From NCBI GenBank assembly GCA_964414675.1, contig CAYPYF010000007.1, forward strand, positions 1 through 58,457: DNA of 58,457 nt. The letters are read 5' to 3'. Each line of letters opens with the position of its first letter. Within the stretch, counting starts at the first letter, position 1. This DNA comes from an uncultured Dehalococcoidaceae bacterium. Lineage in GTDB: Bacteria; Chloroflexota; Dehalococcoidia; UBA2979. A program made the position numbers and the translations under genes. The notes under the pieces were generated by a model. The model was not told the origin of the DNA and searched no databases. It saw only the letters and a program-made list of their open reading frames with translations. Below, in pieces: positions 53,919 through 58,457 of the stretch.

Positions 53919-56306
53919 CTACTCGGGCGGACGGTCGACGAGGACGCCCGCTTCCCACAGCGCGGCGATCTCGTCGCTGCTCTTCGAAAGCACCTCGGTC
54001 AGGACGGACTCATTGTGCTCACCCAGCCGGGGTGAGGGAAGCCACGCGTCGTAGCCGCGCTGCCCGTCGAAGACGAACGGCGAGCCGTCGTACTGCTGGA
54101 CGCCGGTCGCCGGGTGCTCGAGGCGTGCGTAGTACCCGCGCTCCTCAAGGTGGGCATCAGCGAGGTACTCGGGGCAGGTGAGGACGGCGCCGGCCGGGAC
54201 GCCCGCGCGCACCAGCCGCTCCATCACGTCGAACTTCCCGAGGTTGCGCGTCCACTCCGCGATCGCCTCGTCGAGCTCGGCACGATGCGCGAGACGCGCC
54301 TCGGCGGTCGCGAACCGCGGATCGGAGGCCCAGGGACGTTCCGCGACGTCACAGAGCGTGGCCCACTCCGCGTCATCGCGCGCGGCGAGGGCGACCCAGT
54401 CGTCGTCTCCGGCGCAGCGGTAGATCCCGTGCGGTGCGAACTGCGGGTGGCCGTTGCCGACGTAGGCCGGCGTCTCGCCGGACTGCTGATACTCGACGAA
54501 GTACTCGCCGAGGAGGGCGATCCCCGCTTCGTGCTGCGAGACATCGATGCAGGCGCCCTCGCCGGTGCGTGCTCGACGTTCGAGCGCGGTGAGCACGGCC
54601 GACGCGGCCGCGAGGCCGGCGATGGCGTCGGGCGTCGCCGTCCCCGTGACGCGCACCTCGTCCGGGCCGTAACCCATCACGGCGGGCAGGCCGGTCATCG
54701 GCTCGACGGCCGGGCCGTAGCCGACGTAGTCGCGATACGGGCCATCGGCGCCGAAGGCGGGCATCCCCACGTAGATGATCCCGGGGTTCGCCTCGCGCAG
54801 TCGCTCGTAGCCGAGGTCGAGGCCGCCCATCGCCCTCGCACTGAAGTTCTCGATCACCACGTCGCTCTCCGCGACGAGATCGAGGAAGAGCGCACGCCCC
54901 TGCGGCTGCTTCAGGTCGATCCCGACGCTCTTCCGATTCCGGTGGAGCTTGTGGAAGAGCGGTTGCTGGTTCCACGGCTCCGGCAACTGACCGCCCTCGA
55001 AGTAGGTCGGTGTATCGGCCGGAACGGTGGCCGGGCCCCGGCCAGTCGGTCCTTCGATACAGATGACGTCCGCGCCGAGGTCCGCGATGACGCGCGCGGC
55101 GAGCGGCCCCGCCCAGACGCGCGTCAGGTCGAGGACACGGATGCCCTCCAGCGGACGCGCGGGAGAGGTGGCGTGAGCGGACGTGAGCGCCGGACGCGGC
55201 TCGGCGGGATGCGTCGATCCGAGGCCGGCGAGGACGGCGGCGGTGTCTGTGCCCGCAGGTACGGCGGGACGCTCGGGCGGCTGCTCCTCGCCTCGGAAGC
55301 GGAACGGCGAGCCGGGCATCCGGACGGAGCCACTCGCACCGGCGCCCTCAAGGGGCCGCCAGAACTCGCGCGCCTCGAGGTGACGGTCGGAGAGGCAGTC
55401 CGCGAGCGATGCGCCGTAGCCCATCGCCAGACGCCAGGTCTCCTGCGCCTCCGTGAAGATCTCGTGCCGCGTGCGGCCGGAGAGCGCCGCCTGCACCAGC
55501 GCATCGAACTCGTCGCGGTTCTCGAGGCGACCGGCGTTCGTCGAGAAGCGCGGATCCTCGATGAGGTCGGGACGCCCGAGCATGAGCGCCAGTTGCATCC
55601 AGTTCTCGCCGGCGGTGCTGAACCCGAACCAGCCGTCCCGGCACGGCAGCATGCCACCCGTGCTCGCCGAGGACCGGTTCCCGACGCGCGTCCGGATCTC
55701 GTCGTTCACGAGCCAGCGCGTGTCGGTCATCTGATGCAGTCCGACGAGGCACTCGAGGATGCTGAGGTCGATGAGACGCGGCTCCGCTGCGGGATGCCTC
55801 CGCGCGTCGAGCATCGCGGCGAGCGACGCGGTGTAGGCCATCGTCCCGGCCTGGTAGGCCGCGTAGTGTCCCGGCATCGTGAGCGGCGCCCTGCCCGGGT
55901 CGCCGGTGAGGTAGGTCAGCCCGGCGAGGGCGAGAAGTGTCGCCTCGGTGGCCGCGAACCCGGCGTATGGGCCGGTGAGACCGAAGGGCGTGACCGCGAT
56001 CCGCACGCTCGGCGCCTGCTGGCCGCCGAGGCCGAGCAGCCCGAACGACTCGATGTCCGAGACGGGCGCATCGGTCAGCAGGACATCGCAGGTCGCGGCG
56101 AGGGCATCCAGGGCGGCGCGCCCCTCGGTCGTCCGGTAGTCGAGGGCGACCCGGCGCTTGCCGCCGTGGAGATAGGTCACTTCTGCATCAACGGACAGGG
56201 GGCGGTCCGGCGACTCGACGCGGATGACCTCGGAGCCCCAGCGCGCGAAGAGCTTCCCGGCGAAGCCGGCAGCGGCCTCCGCGTCGCTCAGTTCGAGGAC
56301 TCTCAT
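53919..56306 (-). CDS. Family III (CaiB/BaiF) CoA-transferase, fused tandem domains
   Basis: Two CoA-transferase III domains (RVLEL...GSEVIRVE; LEGIRVLDLTRVWAGP...RNRKSV.IDLK). Catalytic Asp seen only in the second (PDAIAG). Confidence 0.92.
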   Translation of the reverse strand: MRVLELSDAEAAAGFAGKLFARWGSEVIRVESPDRPLSVDAEVTYLHGGKRRVALDYRTTEGRAALDALAATCDVLLTDAPVSDIESFGLLGLGGQQAPSVRIAVTPFGLTGPYAGFAATEATLLALAGLTYLTGDPGRAPLTMPGHYAAYQAGTMAYTASLAAMLDARRHPAAEPRLIDLSILECLVGLHQMTDTRWLVNDEIRTRVGNRSSASTGGMLPCRDGWFGFSTAGENWMQLALMLGRPDLIEDPRFSTNAGRLENRDEFDALVQAALSGRTRHEIFTEAQETWRLAMGYGASLADCLSDRHLEAREFWRPLEGAGASGSVRMPGSPFRFRGEEQPPERPAVPAGTDTAAVLAGLGSTHPAEPRPALTSAHATSPARPLEGIRVLDLTRVWAGPLAARVIADLGADVICIEGPTGRGPATVPADTPTYFEGGQLPEPWNQQPLFHKLHRNRKSVGIDLKQPQGRALFLDLVAESDVVIENFSARAMGGLDLGYERLREANPGIIYVGMPAFGADGPYRDYVGYGPAVEPMTGLPAVMGYGPDEVRVTGTATPDAIAGLAAASAVLTALERRARTGEGACIDVSQHEAGIALLGEYFVEYQQSGETPAYVGNGHPQFAPHGIYRCAGDDDWVALAARDDAEWATLCDVAERPWASDPRFATAEARLAHRAELDEAIAEWTRNLGKFDVMERLVRAGVPAGAVLTCPEYLADAHLEERGYYARLEHPATGVQQYDGSPFVFDGQRGYDAWLPSPRLGEHNESVLTEVLSKSSDEIAALWEAGVLVDRPPE

Positions 56307-56435
56307 GACCTCACCCACCCGATCGAGGCGGACCGACCTGCAAACGTTTACGGACTCTACGCCAACGTCCGCGTGGTCGGGAAGGGCGCAAGCGGGTGGA
56401 CAGGCCGGTCGGCCACATGGCACGATCCGCCTCTG

Positions 56436-56876
56436 ATGACTACCACCGTCGAGGCTCAACGACTGCTCGACCTCGCGGGTCTGCGCCGCGTGCGCGACCG
56501 CATGGACCGGGAGTACGCGCAGCCACTGGACGTGGAGGCGCTCGCGCGGGGCGCAGGGATGTCGGCCGGACACCTCAGCCGGCAGTTCCGGCTGGCGTAT
56601 GGCGAGTCGCCCTACAGCTACCTCATGACGCGGCGGATCGAGCGTGCGATGGCGCTCCTGCGTCGGGGCGACCTCAGCGTCACCGACGTCTGCTTCGCCG
56701 TCGGCTGTTCCTCGCTCGGCACGTTCAGCACACGCTTCACGGAGCTCACCGGCATGCCGCCGAGTGTGTACCGCGAACGGGCCGCCCAGGCGACGGTGGG
56801 GATGCCCTCCTGCGTGGCGAGGCAGGTCACGAAACCGGTCAGGAATCGAGAAGCGCCGGCCCAGACGCCCTCCTAG
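56436..56876 (+). CDS. Stand-alone AraC-family HTH regulator
   Basis: RRVRDRMDREYAQPLDVEALAR...YGESPYSYLMTRRIERA...VGCSSLGTFSTRF. Start at ATG 56436. Confidence 0.92.
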   Translation: MTTTVEAQRLLDLAGLRRVRDRMDREYAQPLDVEALARGAGMSAGHLSRQFRLAYGESPYSYLMTRRIERAMALLRRGDLSVTDVCFAVGCSSLGTFSTRFTELTGMPPSVYRERAAQATVGMPSCVARQVTKPVRNREAPAQTPS

Positions 56877-56915
56877 AGTGACCCCAACAGGTGTTGGAGT
56901 GACCAGGAGACTGCT

Positions 56916-57326
56916 ATGGACATCACGATTCACGCGAGCTTCCTCCCGCACAACGACCCGGAAGCATCGCTCGCCTTCTACCGCGACACGCTGGGGTTCG
57001 AGGTCCGTCAGGACGTGGGGTACGAGGGGATGCGCTGGCTCACCGTCGGCCCGCCAGACCAGCCCCAGACCTCGATCGTCCTGAACCCGCCGTTCGCCGC
57101 CCCCGGCTTCACGGAGGACGAACGCCGCGTGATCTCCGAGATGATGGCGAAGGGCACCTACGCGGGCCTGCTACTCGCGACGCCCGACCTCGACGGCACG
57201 TTCGAGAAGGTACAGGCGAGCGGCGCAGAGGTCGTCCAGGAGCCGACGGAGCAGCCGTATGGCGTCCGGGACTGCGCCGTGCGCGACCCCGCCGGCAACC
57301 TGATCCGGATCCAGGAGCGCGCCTAG
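56916..57326 (+). CDS. VOC (glyoxalase/bleomycin resistance) family protein
   Basis: SLAFYRDTLGFEV, EVVQEPTEQPYGVRDCAVRDPAGNLIRI. Confidence 0.92.
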   Translation: MDITIHASFLPHNDPEASLAFYRDTLGFEVRQDVGYEGMRWLTVGPPDQPQTSIVLNPPFAAPGFTEDERRVISEMMAKGTYAGLLLATPDLDGTFEKVQASGAEVVQEPTEQPYGVRDCAVRDPAGNLIRIQERA

Positions 57327-57475
57327 CTCGCAGTCGCTACAGATGTCGGACGCGTGTGGCCGCTCGAGCGGCCGCCGCGTCTGCTGCGCCGCGGGCACGG
57401 GTCGCCTCGGTCAGCGCGGGGCTATCTTCGAGACTCAGGCTTGGGACTCGGGCATCGACGGATGGGATCGAGATC

Positions 57476-58457
57476 ATGACGACGACCGGCCGCGCCACGA
57501 AGCGCACGACTGATGCGCGCACCGCAGCGGGGCACCCCGCGGACACGCACGACGTGATCCGCGTGCAGGGGGCGCGGGAGAACAACCTCAAGGACGTCAG
57601 CGTCGAGATCCCGAAGCGACGCCTGACGGTGTTCACCGGCGTGTCCGGCTCCGGCAAGAGTTCCCTGGTCTTTGGCACCATCGCCGCCGAGTCCCAGCGG
57701 ATGATCAACGAGACCTACAGCGCCTTCGTCCAGGGGTTTATGCCGACGCTGGCGCGGCCAGACGTCGACCGCCTCGAGGGCCTGACGACCGCGATCCTCG
57801 TCGACCAGGAACGCATGGGGGCGAACTCGCGCTCGACGGTGGGCACCGTCACCGATGCGAACGCGATGCTCCGGATGCTCTTCAGCCGCCTCGGGCAGCC
57901 GTATGTGGGATCCGCCAAGGCGTTCTCGTTCAACGTCCCGTCGGTCAGCGGAGCCGGGAAGATCTCGGTGCAGAAGGGCGCCGGCGCCCCGAAGACCGAA
58001 GCGCGCACCTTCACCGTCCTCGGCGGCATGTGCCCACGCTGTGAGGGCATGGGCAACGTCACCGACATCGACCTCACGCAGATCTATGACGCCAGCAAGT
58101 CGCTCGCCGAGGGCGCGATCACGATCCCCGGGTACACCGCCGACGGGTGGAACGTGCGCGTGTTCAGCGAGTCAGGGTTCCTCGATCCTGACAAGCCGAT
58201 CGCGAAGTACTCGAAGAAGGAGCTCAACGACTTCCTGTACCACGAGCCGACCAAGGTGAAGTTCAGCAGCATGAACCTCACCTACGAAGGGCTGATCCCG
58301 CGCGTCCAGAAGTCGTTCCTCTCGAAGGACAAGGAGGCGATGCAGCCGCACATCCGCGCCTTCGTCGACCGGGCCGTCACCTTCACTGAATGCCCCGACT
58401 GCGGTGGCACCCGGCTGAACGAGGCCGCGCGGTCCTCGAAGATCAAGGGCATCAACA
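57476..58457 (+). CDS. uvrA: UvrA-like (class II/DrrC-type) ABC ATPase, 3'-truncated by window
   Basis: [61 protein letters not shown]. Open to the window end, so absent from the ORF track. Confidence 0.9.
   Translation, partial: MTTTGRATKRTTDARTAAGHPADTHDVIRVQGARENNLKDVSVEIPKRRLTVFTGVSGSGKSSLVFGTIAAESQRMINETYSAFVQGFMPTLARPDVDRLEGLTTAILVDQERMGANSRSTVGTVTDANAMLRMLFSRLGQPYVGSAKAFSFNVPSVSGAGKISVQKGAGAPKTEARTFTVLGGMCPRCEGMGNVTDIDLTQIYDASKSLAEGAITIPGYTADGWNVRVFSESGFLDPDKPIAKYSKKELNDFLYHEPTKVKFSSMNLTYEGLIPRVQKSFLSKDKEAMQPHIRAFVDRAVTFTECPDCGGTRLNEAARSSKIKGIN

Noticed and set aside
50015-54181. 1388-aa + strand ORF, and similar long ORFs at 47075..49474, 14175..15545, 20726..22456, 22279..23919, 33429..34823 and most of 54114..56876
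   Set aside because: These are antisense shadows of well-supported genes, with Arg/Ala/Gly-rich non-protein-like composition typical of high-GC DNA. Only 56436..56876 of the last is real (AraC).
57350-57382. Hairpin around GGCCGCTCGAGCGGCC between the VOC gene and uvrA
   Set aside because: Plausible as a terminator or stabiliser, but ordinary in GC-rich DNA with no U-tract, so not listed as a feature.

Overview
High-GC window (roughly 70% by inspection), probably from a Chloroflexota/Dehalococcoidia-like genome. That assignment is inferred from the AGAAC-N4-GTTCT SOS box, F420-type LLM enzyme, class F sortase and Tad gene style. The first ~43 kb is a surface-attachment and regulatory island. 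It holds two convergent paralogous Tad/Flp pilus loci (cpaE-cpaF-tadB-tadC-DUF192-prepilin peptidase in both), two CAP proteins, two DUF11-type Ig-repeat surface proteins (one LPPTG-anchored, next to a class F sortase) and two ECF sigma systems with Gly/Asn-rich extracytoplasmic tails. It also carries a striking set of degenerate signalling parts: five KdpE-like OmpR regulators with defective receivers, two lone receivers, a His-less stand-alone DHp microprotein, a PAS/pseudo-HATPase protein, pseudo-FHA and HPD-less J domains. No intact histidine kinase is present. The last ~15 kb holds an F420-dependent LLM oxidoreductase, a LexA-boxed imuB-DUF6504-dnaE2-udgX mutagenesis cluster interrupted by an antisense AbrB/VapC toxin-antitoxin pair, acyl-CoA metabolism genes and an AraC-VOC-UvrA2 cassette that runs off the end. 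I saw no rRNA, tRNA, CRISPR array, integrase or transposase. All family calls come from motif recognition by eye, not database searches.
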